64,000 nt of DNA from Hamiltosporidium tvaerminnensis FI-OER-3-3. Its lineage: Eukaryota; Fungi; Microsporidia. Shown here piece by piece: positions 50,190 through 61,724 of the stretch. Position 1 is the stretch's first letter. The number at the start of each line of letters is the position of its first letter. The translations under genes were made by a program, and so were the position numbers. Location of the stretch: the NCBI GenBank assembly GCA_022605425.2, contig JAKIMF020000004.1, forward strand, positions 496,001 through 560,000, in the 5' to 3' direction. Below the pieces are notes generated by a model, which saw nothing but the letters and a program-made list of their open reading frames with translations, did not search any database and was not told the origin of the DNA.

Positions 50190-51310
50190 GAATTAGAAGA
50201 AATGATATGCAAGATTTTAAGCGACCATCAACTCTATCAAGCCTATATAGTTATTTATATTTCACATCGTAAGTTTTTTCTTATAATATTATGCAATCAT
50301 ATCATCCCGAGATTTGATTAAACAAGAGTTCTACCTCAAAATTTATAGAAGAATCATAAAAACTTTAATTTCTTTGTTTTTAATGTTTGAAATAATTAAG
50401 TAAAATTCAAAATAACAAAAAGGTGTCTTTCTAGAATTAACTTAACAATCCAAATATATATGATTTAGTATTCTGGCTTTTTAAATCTGTTTTTTATTAG
50501 TTTCGTTTTTTCCGCATACTTTTTTTTGAAAAGCCAGGCTCTGTGTGAACTTATTCGTTTTGCAAAAATTAAATTTTATTTATTTTTTGGAGTGAAATAA
50601 ACACAGAGAGCTCTTCGTTCCACCTTCTGTACATATAGATGTATTTTTTTCAAACTTGGATGTCAAAATTTTATAACATTACTTGATTTATTATTTTATT
50701 GAGATATTTTTTCTGATTTGTACAACACATTTCTGTTTTAGATTATTAAAATACTGCTTCATCTCATTCAAATTTTCAATGTCCTGTCGTATTTCAAAAA
50801 GCTTTAATATTACGCTGGTCAATGGAATTTGCCTTTATTTATCTTTGAATGTAATTTTTACTTGTCTATTTCGTCATATAAATTTTTTATTTAAGCGTTT
50901 TAAATTTGATCTAATAAAAATCTTTAATATAATATATTTGACTAGTTTAACGTTTATTATTGAGGCTAGATATCCTTATTACTATTAATTATTTTTAAGG
51001 TTGTCTTTTTAAGTCGAAATTAAACACATTCTTCCAAAAATGTAAGAATCAAGACCTTAGGTCGACTTTAAAGGCAAAAATACAGCAGTTTATTTCCAGA
51101 TTCTGTTCTATCCAAGCTTTATTCGTTGTTATACAAGTGATTTTCTTAATTATAAAAAAAATGCATTTCTTAATGACATTCCAGCAACTTTCTTAGCTAC
51201 ATCTAAAAAAATCAGAAGTTTTTTTATTACACACTTTATAATCTTTTGAAGTATGAAGATTTATTGATTTAGAAAACAAGTTTAAAAATTATAGCAAGAA
51301 TATTCGGAAT
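50190..51310 (-). mobile_element. Ancient LINE 3' fragment (cassette 3 copy)
   Basis: Duplicate of 13640-14760. Confidence 0.75.
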
Positions 51311-51724
51311 ATTTTCTCGAAAAAAACACGACTAAGGCAATATTGTTTTAAATTAAAAATCATAAAAAATTTTCTTCTACAAAAGAGACAATTTGATAGA
51401 AATATCAAATGTAAATAAAATTTAAAACAATTCTACCTAACAATTTTCTTTCTAAAAAAGAGAGCAACCGTATTTCAGCTCATCAAAATATTAAAAAAGA
51501 TAATTTAATTAGAAATACGAGAATAATTGCGTAAATTTAGAAAATAGTACCGAAGAAATCGATTCTAGATTCTACATCTTAAGAATTAATTAAAATTAAA
51601 ATATTTAAAATATATTATATTTAATCAAAATAATAAAATTAAAACTGATTGAAATGAATAATTAGAATATTTAAATAATTGTTTAATATTCAACTATTGA
51701 GATATAATTATAGAAATAGAATAT

Positions 51725-54118
51725 TTATATAACAATTTGGTAATTGTCTCTTTCTTTTTTTATCAAATATCCTTGATGGTTTAATAATTCTATAATCTCC
51801 TGTGAGCTTTTTTTCATTTCGAAATTGTTCAATTCATTTATTAATTCCATATAACTTAAAACGGTTTTTTTTGTATTAATTGCTAGATTTTTTAGATGCG
51901 TTATAATATCTTTAACATTATTTCCTTTCTTTTTATTTGTATTTGTGGTATTTTTAGAAGAAAAATTCATACTTTTTTTGTAAAAATTTACAATAAATTC
52001 TGCATCTTTTTGATTTGCAATCATTCTTAATTCTGTTTTAGCCTTCGCTTCTGTAAGTCGCATTAAAGCTTCCAAATGTCTTATTCCGACATTTTCTTTG
52101 TTTCTTATACTCAAATAAAAAGTTTTTAAAATATTTTTTGCTTGTGTTGAAAGAATTGGATTTACGTATTCTCTAGCATAAGAAATATATTTAGAAATAA
52201 GTTCTTTTTGATACAACACTGTTTCTGTATTCATTTTTAGATTTTGTGTTATATCATTTCTTAATATTCCAATCATTTCAGATATTTTATTATCAGATCT
52301 TTCCGTTGAAATAGCTGAGGATGTTTTTTTTGAATCGTTATTTATGATGTATTTCGATAATTCTTGATTATAATTTTCATCTAAATTATCTTTTAAAACA
52401 AATATTAAATCAAATCTTGATAAAAGAGCTTCATTAAAATTTAGATTTTCTTTCAACGTTTTATTTTCTTTGAAAAATCCATATTTTGGATTCGTAGCAC
52501 TTATTATTGTTGTGCGAGCCGGAACAGTACATATTACTCCTCCTTTGGCTATTGTAAAAGACTGTTGCTCCATTATTTCATATAAAACTTTAAAATCATT
52601 TAATTTATCGAATTCATCAAGGCAACACACACTATTATCAGAAATTACCAAAGCACCTGCATCTACCACATATTCAGATGTAATAGGATCATGTATCATG
52701 GAAACTGTCAGACCAGCACTTGTTGTAGAACTACCGCATATAAAAGTACTTTTTGGAAGAATTTCTGATGTCAAAGTTAAAAATTTACTTTTTCCAAGTC
52801 CAGGTTCTCCTATCAATAACACATGTATTTCTTTTCTAATACAAGTATTTCCACAAAATTTTTTTGTACCTCCAAATAAACTCAAAACGATTCCAATTTT
52901 AATCAATTCATTTCCATAAATATTTTTAAATAAAGAATGTGCCAATGAACAAATTATATTTTTATTTCTCGAAATATCTTTAAAGACGTTGAAATCAGAA
53001 TCTTTGGTTTCCTTTTTCAGATTTAAAATGTTTTTATTTTTCAATATTTTTAAATTATTTACGTAAATATTTAATTTATAAAGGCCGTTACTTTCTTTTT
53101 CAGCTTTAATTATTCCAATTACTGAAACTACATCTCCAGGAACTACCGTGTTTACTAAGTCATCAAATAAATAACAATCTGTCATATTCAGTTTTTTTGT
53201 GTTTTCATAATCATTATCAATTTCTTTAAACCCGAAATCTTTATTTTTAAGTTCATTAGCACAATTCATATCAATTTTTTCTTTTGAATCTTCATTTGAA
53301 TCATAATAATATTCACTACTATTCTCTTTATATTCTTCATCACACTTCAAATCAATACTTTGCTTTCTATTTTCATTTATTTCATTAAATTCTTTGTTTT
53401 TGTTTATAGCAAATTTTTCTTTTGATTTTTCGTTTGTTTCTTTAAAATCCAAATCCAAATTTATTTCGCTATTTTCATCTGAAAAATCAAAAATATTTTC
53501 AAAATTACCACAATAATTCTGATAATTTGGTATTTCTTGGATTTTAATTTCTTGAAAATCTTTAATAAGCAGCTCGGGATGATCATTTAAAAAGACAAAT
53601 TTTTTAGATTTACAACCACCAACACATTTCTTTGGTGTTTTATACACATTAGACACAATTTTAATTTCAAGTATTTCTTTACATTTCAAACATTCAAAAA
53701 ATACTTTTTTAAAAATAAGTTTTTTACATCCAACACGACACACAGTACCTATAAGACTAACAAGATGCTCTACCTTACTAACCGACACACCAAAAGAAGA
53801 AACAATATTATAATTTGTTATACGAATACCAACATACATCTTAATATCATATTCGTTATAAATTATTTCTGAAACAGCACATGCAATACATTTTATTGTA
53901 TTTTCTGGTTGCTCATAAATTTGATTTTTTGATATAATTTTTACTAAAAAACGCATGCTTATTTTGTAAATACCTCGCTCTTTTATTATAAGAATTTTGT
54001 TTGTTACATTATTTCTTAATGTTCGTATAAATTTAATAATTGTTTCATAATTTGTATTGAAAAATGTAAATTCATCTTTATCAAAATATAAATCCCAAGA
54101 TGAAATGTGCGGATGCAT
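51725..54118 (-). CDS. MCM8: DNA helicase MCM8 (copy 3)
   Basis: Intact ORF with the same motifs; first ATG at 54118. Confidence 0.88.
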   Translation of the reverse strand: MHPHISSWDLYFDKDEFTFFNTNYETIIKFIRTLRNNVTNKILIIKERGIYKISMRFLVKIISKNQIYEQPENTIKCIACAVSEIIYNEYDIKMYVGIRITNYNIVSSFGVSVSKVEHLVSLIGTVCRVGCKKLIFKKVFFECLKCKEILEIKIVSNVYKTPKKCVGGCKSKKFVFLNDHPELLIKDFQEIKIQEIPNYQNYCGNFENIFDFSDENSEINLDLDFKETNEKSKEKFAINKNKEFNEINENRKQSIDLKCDEEYKENSSEYYYDSNEDSKEKIDMNCANELKNKDFGFKEIDNDYENTKKLNMTDCYLFDDLVNTVVPGDVVSVIGIIKAEKESNGLYKLNIYVNNLKILKNKNILNLKKETKDSDFNVFKDISRNKNIICSLAHSLFKNIYGNELIKIGIVLSLFGGTKKFCGNTCIRKEIHVLLIGEPGLGKSKFLTLTSEILPKSTFICGSSTTSAGLTVSMIHDPITSEYVVDAGALVISDNSVCCLDEFDKLNDFKVLYEIMEQQSFTIAKGGVICTVPARTTIISATNPKYGFFKENKTLKENLNFNEALLSRFDLIFVLKDNLDENYNQELSKYIINNDSKKTSSAISTERSDNKISEMIGILRNDITQNLKMNTETVLYQKELISKYISYAREYVNPILSTQAKNILKTFYLSIRNKENVGIRHLEALMRLTEAKAKTELRMIANQKDAEFIVNFYKKSMNFSSKNTTNTNKKKGNNVKDIITHLKNLAINTKKTVLSYMELINELNNFEMKKSSQEIIELLNHQGYLIKKERDNYQIVI

Positions 54119-55198
54119 TCTTTTATGCAAATCTAGGGTATATTTTTTTAAATGAAGTATTACTATTATTATGGTATGAAGATTTAATTATGTTTGAAAA
54201 TGTAGAATGTAAGTGTATTATTAAATGTTGTTTAAATGTTATTTAAATATTTTAATTTTTATTAAAAAAAATCTTTACTGATTCTTAAAAAATTTTTATT
54301 TATAAATATTTTTAGCAATTTAGATTGGATTTTTATTAGAAATAAAAAATAATAATTTTAATGTATGGTATGACAATTTAATTCTTTATTGAGGTTTTGA
54401 TTATTTTTATATCTATGTCGTTTATATTAGATTATTTTTCTTATTTTTTATATTAATCTTTTGATTTTGAGCCTTCCATCTCTTTGAATTAACTATTTAA
54501 AAATTTACTTTTTACAGGTGTATTATTGGCATTTTTAATATGTAAAATGTATGTATTAGGCATAATCTTCTTTATTTGTATAATATTCTGGGAATCTCTT
54601 TCTAAGTAAAAACTTTATTTTTGTATCTATCTCATTCTCTTTTAAAACTTAAAAAAACTCGTTTTTGTGAATTTTTTTATATTCTTGAGAGCTAAGTCTC
54701 TTTATATATATGATGAATGAGACCGTCTTAGGATCATCTGCTAACATTTCATTACAATAAACCAAATAATAATTACGTTAATTTATATTTAAAATTATAT
54801 GTGTAAATAATGTTTATCTCATTGCTAAAAAGACACGTTTCCTCAATAAAGTTATATTAAATTTTTTAATAAGAATTAAACATACGATTTTATCATAATT
54901 TATACTCATATGTTTACTTAAATGCTTCGTGATTTATTTGAACTAAAAAGTCAAGGTAGGTTTTTTAAATAAATATTTTTGTTTATATAGAGATTGAATT
55001 TATTTTATATCGAATTCAGAAAATTAGAACAGCATTTTTTCAAAAACGATTCTCATTATAAGTAAAAATAATTTTGAGCTTTTCTTAAAGTTTAAAATTA
55101 AATTTTTCTGATCCGAAATAGATTTTTCATTTATAAATCGATAAGCGGAGTTATTGGCAGTAAAATATTTCTATTAAATATTTCTTTGAAAACCATCT

Positions 55199-55346
55199 TT
55201 ATTGAGTAGAGTAGTTGATATATAGAAGTTGGTGTAAATATTTTTATGTTTCTTTTCTTAACATAATCCTCAAATAAAAACTATCATTATTGAGTAGTGT
55301 ACTTGATATATAAAAGTTGGTGTAAATATTTTTATGTTTCTTTTCT
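55199..55346. repeat. ~60-bp direct repeat, two copies 88 bp apart
   Basis: TTATTGAGTAG.GTA.TTGATATATA.AAGTTGGTGTAAATATTTTTATGTTTCTTTTCT twice. Confidence 0.8.
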
Positions 55347-55660
55347 CTAGATAATCTTTAAAGTAACTTTCAATTATATTTTCTTTCATACCTTAGTTTA
55401 GTCTATATGTTACTTAAATTATGTCTTTGATTTATTAAATATAAATATTATTGTCATATTCTATCATAGAATTACTAATCATTAAATTGTTATTTCTTAC
55501 TTATGGCCAGTCAATCAAAAATTTGTAAAGATAACTGCTTGCCGCCTAACTTATTTTTGATTAAATTCTTTTAAACCAAAGAAATTCAAAAAAAGATTTA
55601 CTTTATATTCCACCTAATATTCACTCGATTCCGAAGTGGAACTAATTACATTCCTTAAGT

Positions 55661-55889
55661 AAAAAACAATCCTCGACACCGAGAGGTAAAAGAGAAATGA
55701 ATGAGTAAGTCAGCAATAAGAAAAATAATCCTTGAGACCGAGAGGTAAAACAGGAATTGAATAAGTAAGCAATAAAAAAACAATCCTTGAGACCGAGAGG
55801 TAAAACAGGAATTTAATAAGTCAGCAATAAAAAAAATAATCCTTGGGACCGAGAGGTAAAACAGGAATTGAATAAGTAAGCAATAAAAA
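55661..55889. repeat. Minisatellite, four ~56-61-bp units with a GC-rich core
   Basis: AATCCTYGRSACCGAGAGGTAAAA...AGCAATAA four times. Confidence 0.9.
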
Positions 55890-56343
55890 GTAAAACATAT
55901 CTGTTCATATTGAATATCTCATACAAATTTTTTGATTTATATTCGGATATTTCTAATAACGTAGGAAATAATTATAGTGCTTAATCCGAAGTGATATGAG
56001 AATATAAGTTCTGATAAAATCCTTTCTTCTATTATAACCCTACAGTAAATCAAATCATTAAAATATTTTATTATCTAATATTCTATGAATCAGAATCGTT
56101 TTATATTTTATATTATTTTTATTTATACTATGAATGAGTGAAAAATATTTTTGTTTGAACACAAAGTATCAAATATGAACTATAGATACATCAGTGATCA
56201 AAAAATATTAAAAGTTGTGATAATTAAAGCAATATTTGTAATTAGCAAGAGAGCATCCTATAATTAGAATTACTTAAATTAATATGAAAATCAATAAAAT
56301 TTTTTACTCTTTAATATTATATCAATCACAAAATAGTTATAAA

Positions 56344-56469
56344 TAAAACGATAAAAAAGTAAAACAACTCAATCTTTTAAATGATCCGTGAAGATTTAAA
56401 CTCATTTATAGAAAAAACGATAAAAAAAGTAAATAAACCCAATCTTTAAATTCTGTGAAGATTTAAACC
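56344..56469. repeat. Imperfect ~58-bp direct repeat, two copies
   Basis: AAAACGATAAAAAA(A)GTAAA...CAATCTTT...GTGAAGATTTAAAC twice. Confidence 0.7.
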
Positions 56470-56600
56470 AAATTAAAAAATAAAATAATCAAAAATTCTG
56501 AGTAAATAAGCTTAATATTTTATAAAGAAAAAGTGAAGAAAAGTAAAAAAAACTTTATCAAAAAAAATAAACTAAAACAATAACATAGGTAATATATATC

Positions 56601-57683
56601 CTATTCCTCCTCACTTTCTTCTAATAATCCTAAAAGACTAAGTCCATCAATTCTTTTTCCCTGTCTTGATATAAATATATCATTACTGTCATCGATTTGT
56701 TTTTTAACTTTTCCTGTTTGAAACAGTGTTTGATTGGCTCTCAAAATACTTTTTTTATTTGGAATTTTTACAAATTTTAAAGAAACTCTTTTTCTGTTTT
56801 CATTTGGATTAAACCACACACCAGTATAAAATTTAATATTTCTAACATTTTTTTTACGCGTAAATATAAAATTATCATAGATATCGATTTCACTGTCTTC
56901 ATTTTTTTTATAAATTTGAATATCTTTGTTTTCTTTTGAAGAAGTTATTTTTACTTTTTTAACCTTTTCTGAATTTTTACTGTTTGAAGTTTTTACTTTT
57001 TTTTTGTTAAAATTATAATTATTTGTTTTTTCAATTGATGGTTCTTTATTGGACAAAGTAGTACTTTGATTAGTAGATCCATATTTTGTAAGATCAGACA
57101 TGACAGAATCTCCTGATAAATGTCCAAAAAGAAATGGAGTTTTAATATTATTAAAATCAGAAATATTTTCAGAAGTGTCGGTATTACAAATAGAAGATTG
57201 TTCGGTCTGATTGTTTTTTAAGACATTTTTTCTATTTCTAAATGACCGGAAATCATCAGAAAGATTTTCTAGGAATTCTTCTTCGTCGCTATTTACACTT
57301 TCAATACAAAATTCTTTTTCTTCATCAATATTTTGACTAGAAACTGTATATGGTTGCTCTTGCTTAATTTTTAATGTCATTCGACCAGACTCGTCTCGTT
57401 TTCCAAGAATATCTACTTCGTCATTCGCAAGTTGTTCATACTCATCTTGAATTGTTAATTTGTCAGTCAATATATCTGTGTCATCGCCTTTAATCCCTTC
57501 ACTTATATCTGAATTCATATTTTTTATAATCTGTGATATTTCTGCATATGTTTTGTTGAAATACTCATTTATAATATCCAATGAAAATTTCTTTGCTGTT
57601 ACCCATACAGATTCATTGTCTTGTGACTCGGAAAGTAGGTATATTTGTTTTTCTTCGATTTTAACACCACTTATTTTTGTCAT
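56601..57683 (-). CDS. Hypothetical protein (360 aa): acidic N-terminal half, basic C-terminal half, possible chromo-like N-terminus
   Basis: Long ORF in AT-rich DNA, with a CCC motif 3 nt upstream of the ATG (AACCCTTCATG). Confidence 0.85.
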   Translation of the reverse strand: MTKISGVKIEEKQIYLLSESQDNESVWVTAKKFSLDIINEYFNKTYAEISQIIKNMNSDISEGIKGDDTDILTDKLTIQDEYEQLANDEVDILGKRDESGRMTLKIKQEQPYTVSSQNIDEEKEFCIESVNSDEEEFLENLSDDFRSFRNRKNVLKNNQTEQSSICNTDTSENISDFNNIKTPFLFGHLSGDSVMSDLTKYGSTNQSTTLSNKEPSIEKTNNYNFNKKKVKTSNSKNSEKVKKVKITSSKENKDIQIYKKNEDSEIDIYDNFIFTRKKNVRNIKFYTGVWFNPNENRKRVSLKFVKIPNKKSILRANQTLFQTGKVKKQIDDSNDIFISRQGKRIDGLSLLGLLEESEEE

Positions 57684-57820
57684 GAAGGGTTCAACTTTAG
57701 AATTATTTTTTATTTTTTTTTGATTGTGACAACTTTTATAGAAAAATTCAAAACTGTTTTATAAATATTTGTTTGAAAATATTTTTGAATTTTTTTAAAA
57801 AAAAATAAATTGGGGAAGGG

Positions 57821-57985
57821 GTGGCAGGATAACCACGTTAAAAACTATCTGCTGGGTAATAAGTCTGTGAAATTGGTGTGAAAATCATTGTTTACATTTT
57901 GGTGGGATATAAGCTACACCGAATCTATAGATAAATCTTCTATAATCCTGTGTTACAACAAATAAATATAAGAAATTGAAAAAAT
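57821..57985 (+). mobile_element. 5' fragment of the SINE-like element family
   Basis: GTGGCAGGATAACCACGTTAAAAACTATCTGCTGGGTAAT...GTGAAATTGGTGTGAAAATCATTGTTT...GGTGGGA matches the start of the insertion at 17699. Confidence 0.8.
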
Positions 57986-60900
57986 CCATTTTTTCATTCT
58001 CGAAAACTAGAGTTGGAAGAGGAATGGAATAAGAAAGTTTAAATAAATTACCTTTTCTTTGAAATTTTTGAATTTATTTTACTGAAGAAAATATAATGCA
58101 CAAATTACAAATTATAATCTTAAATATTTGATTTAACATTTTTAATAGCAGACGGGTTTACATTTAATAAAAATTGACAAAAAATGGAAGCGAAAAATAG
58201 TACAAGAACACTGATAAGATCAAAAGAGAGATAAAATAATGAAAAAAGACCCGTAAAGCCTAGTTTTTATTGCTTCTCTAGGTAATAACAAAATCAAGAT
58301 ACTTTTAAATGTCATAGAAAATAAGAATACCTGAATTCTTACTTTTCATCGTATTCTCACTAAATAAACCATCTTTTTCTTCATTTGTTCTTCTGCATAT
58401 AAATGTATATTATTGAAAGAAGGAAAACTCTTATTTATCGATTATTCCTAAAAAAACCGGCTGAATCCATTACGAAGTATAAATAACTATTTAAATCCAA
58501 CAAAAATAAAAGAAATCATATTTTTTTATTGTATTATGACATTCTATATTATAATGTCTACAAAAAGCTATACATAGCTTATTGATGGTGGAATAATATA
58601 TTTGAACGTTAATTTGCTATACATACCTAGAGATTAGGAGATAATTAGACTGAAAAGGAAATAAGTTAAATTAAAGTAAGAAAGTATAAATTATCATTTT
58701 TTCTGGAAAAAAATTCTCATTTTTTACTATTTATAATTGCACTCGAGTGTATATTTTGATTAAAACTATGAAATTACAGAAAGGATAAGGTGGAATATTA
58801 GTTAAACTCGATTATAAATATTTGTGAAAATAATAGATACGTATTTTATTTCTTACTAAAAAAACTACAAATAAGTGTGCATATTCTCATGTAACTTCGT
58901 CAATTACAATAAGCATATTATACAGGCAACATATGTTTTTTTATTACCAAGAAGGCGTAAATATAACCTATATAATCCTAAGTCTTATACTTAACCATAA
59001 ATTTATATTCTAAAAGTATCTTTATTTTTTTTTGAGAAAGCTTATATTTGGATAAAAAAATTCACTTTAAAGTTTAACAATAAAAAATGATTTGTGTATC
59101 ATTTACAATAAAATAAAGGTGCTTTTTTCAAGTAAATATTGAAAATATATGTGTTCAGCAATCTAAATTATAAAACCTACTATTATAAAATATGAAGCGG
59201 TTCAAATATGCGAATATTTTTTAAAATGTTTCTATATTAATATCATCAATGGGATTATAAATTTTTTAAAACAGCATATGATAAATTATAGAAAAAAATG
59301 TTTATTGCCCTACTATATGGCTAAAAGCGAGAAACTGTCACATATGATATGCAATCATACATTCCTGCACTATATATATCGTAAGCTACACCTTTTCCTT
59401 TTGATGCAATTATAAATATCATATTTATAGTTCTAATTATCATCCTCAAATTGCTTTAAGATAAAATTCGACTCTCAATAAATATCATTATGATATTTTA
59501 GAGCTCAAATTCTAGAAGTTCGCAATACTAGGAAAAATTTAACTATTTGTCATTCCGTATATTTCTAAATAGAAGGCCAGGTATTATTTAAGGGAAAAGA
59601 TTGCTATTGTATGTATTTTAAGTTAGCGACGAAAATTGTGTGTTTAAGTTTCTGATTGGTCGACTGCTTTAGAACTTAATCTTTATACTCTAATATGCCT
59701 TAAAAAAATATAAAAAGAGTAGATTTTGTTTTTCTAGATATAGAATATTGTCAAAATTTAAAAGTAATGTATAGAATCAATAATTTGGCAGTAAACAGTT
59801 CATCTTATCATGATAAAATCAATTTAAACCTAAATAGGTCATCGGATCTAAAAATTTTAATAAAAAAATTGAAATATAATTTGATCTATCAATATTTTTT
59901 GAAAAACACTAGCAGTGATTTTTTAGTAATATTTTGTAAGAAAAATGACTTTAATATCTTTTATCTGAAAGTTGTATAGATTTACTGAGCTACAACCTCA
60001 AATGAACTAATAAGAAAGAGATATGTATAAAAATTGTAAGAGCAAATTATTGGTTTTGTTCGAAAATACAAAGCTCCTTGTAACAAGACTAGGATTGGTA
60101 TTTAATTATAAAGGTAGCAATTTTTATAAAATTAGGCCAAAATCGGCTGATGATATAGCGAATTTTTAGCAAAATGCTTTAATTCTCAAAAGTTTAAATC
60201 TTAAAAAAATATTTGGGTGAATAAAAAGTAAGGAGTGCACTGTATATAGCTCATCTAAAGGGATGCAAAAAATCTCTGTCGAAAGCTGTGAAATGCGCCG
60301 AAATACACTAAATATAAGAACTCTATTCAATTTAATTAATAATTTAGAGGTTATTTGACATTCTAATTGTAGGTATTCTGGAAAAAATGGATTGTTTTAT
60401 CAGGTTAAATCCCGAAAAAAACATAACTTTGTACTAAAATTGATTATTTTAGACCAATGTTCAATGAGCATCCATGTTTATAGCGAAATTACGTTTAAAA
60501 GACCTTCACAGTTGATTTGAAACAATTATATCATTAATATTTTAAATTATCATGAATATATAAAGCATTTAAATAAGTGCAAGAATGTCTAATGCGATAG
60601 TAATTTTTACACTTATTTGACATCAAAATATTCCATATAAGTCAAATAGATAACAAAACAAAGTTTTAAAACAAAAATTGGCATCGAACTAAAAATTTAT
60701 CAAACAGGGAAATGTAAATAATGTATTCCTAATTTTGAAAACCAGAAAGAATAAGTTAATTTAGGATAATATAAAATGGTTTGGATAAATCATATCAAGC
60801 CAGTCGAAAACAAATATCTAATACATAGGAATGAAAGAAGGTATTTTGGGTTGCTGATAAATGCCCTAATATGTTAATATTGAAAATATTTGGCTATTTA

Positions 60901-61724
60901 TAGAATAATTCTTAGGATTTAATGTACCAGTTTTTGGAAGTAATATTTGATATGGATTCATTTACTTAGAATTAAAAGTCTACAAAGTGAATTAGGAATA
61001 ATTTCATTGTGTAAATTTTTCAATCTGTGTATGTAAAAGTATATTTTAAAACAAAATAAAATTTAATGATGAACTATGAGATAATGGATCTGATATTATA
61101 AGATTATTGAAAAATAAAAGCCTTTGGTATAGAAATCATAATTTCTCATAATAATAATTCTATTTCGGTACGACTAAAAGAAATTTAAAAAATAAAATTT
61201 AAATCTTCATTTAATATTTTGTGTATATGTTTTGTTGAATAAACAATCTGAATGCAAACATTCTGGTTAATTTGCTATCTAATAACATAAGACATCCAAT
61301 AGATTACCTTTAAATACGGAATAACAGAGGAAAATATATGCGGTCTATAAAAGATAAAATATAGAGACATCTTTCGACGTACAAAGATCAGTAGTTCCCA
61401 TTTAATGCCGAAGGTCTCTGAGGGGTATATATGAAGGCTATACTAATTCGGATACACAATAAAAACATGCCATAGTCATACAAGTAAACCAATCAGTAGT
61501 TTTTTTGGAACCTAAAAGCATCAAAGAATTGAAATTTATTGTAAAGATATGAATAGAAGCTCTTAATAAATCTAATTTTAGAAATAATTTTATTCTAAAA
61601 CAGAGCCAATTAAATTGGAATGATATAGCATTAAACAAATAAAAAAAACTGGTAATAAATTTTTTTTGCAAAAAAACGACTAAAAATCTTAATTCAAAAC
61701 ATAAAACATTTAAAACAAGTATTT

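Larger units (their letters stand above)
40242..54337. repeat. Tandem segmental duplication, cassette copy 3
   Basis: Collinear. After GATTGGATTTTTATT it continues into unique sequence (AGAAATAAAAAAT) with no LINE. Confidence 0.95.

Noticed and set aside
55661-55889. CRISPR-like array
   Set aside because: The intervening sequences are near-identical rather than unique spacers, there are no cas genes, and the context is eukaryotic.
58000-61700. Possible pseudogene remnants and a CTGATGA hammerhead-like motif (~60147)
   Set aside because: Stop-interrupted frames with no recognisable motif, and no stem II/GAAA context for a hammerhead.
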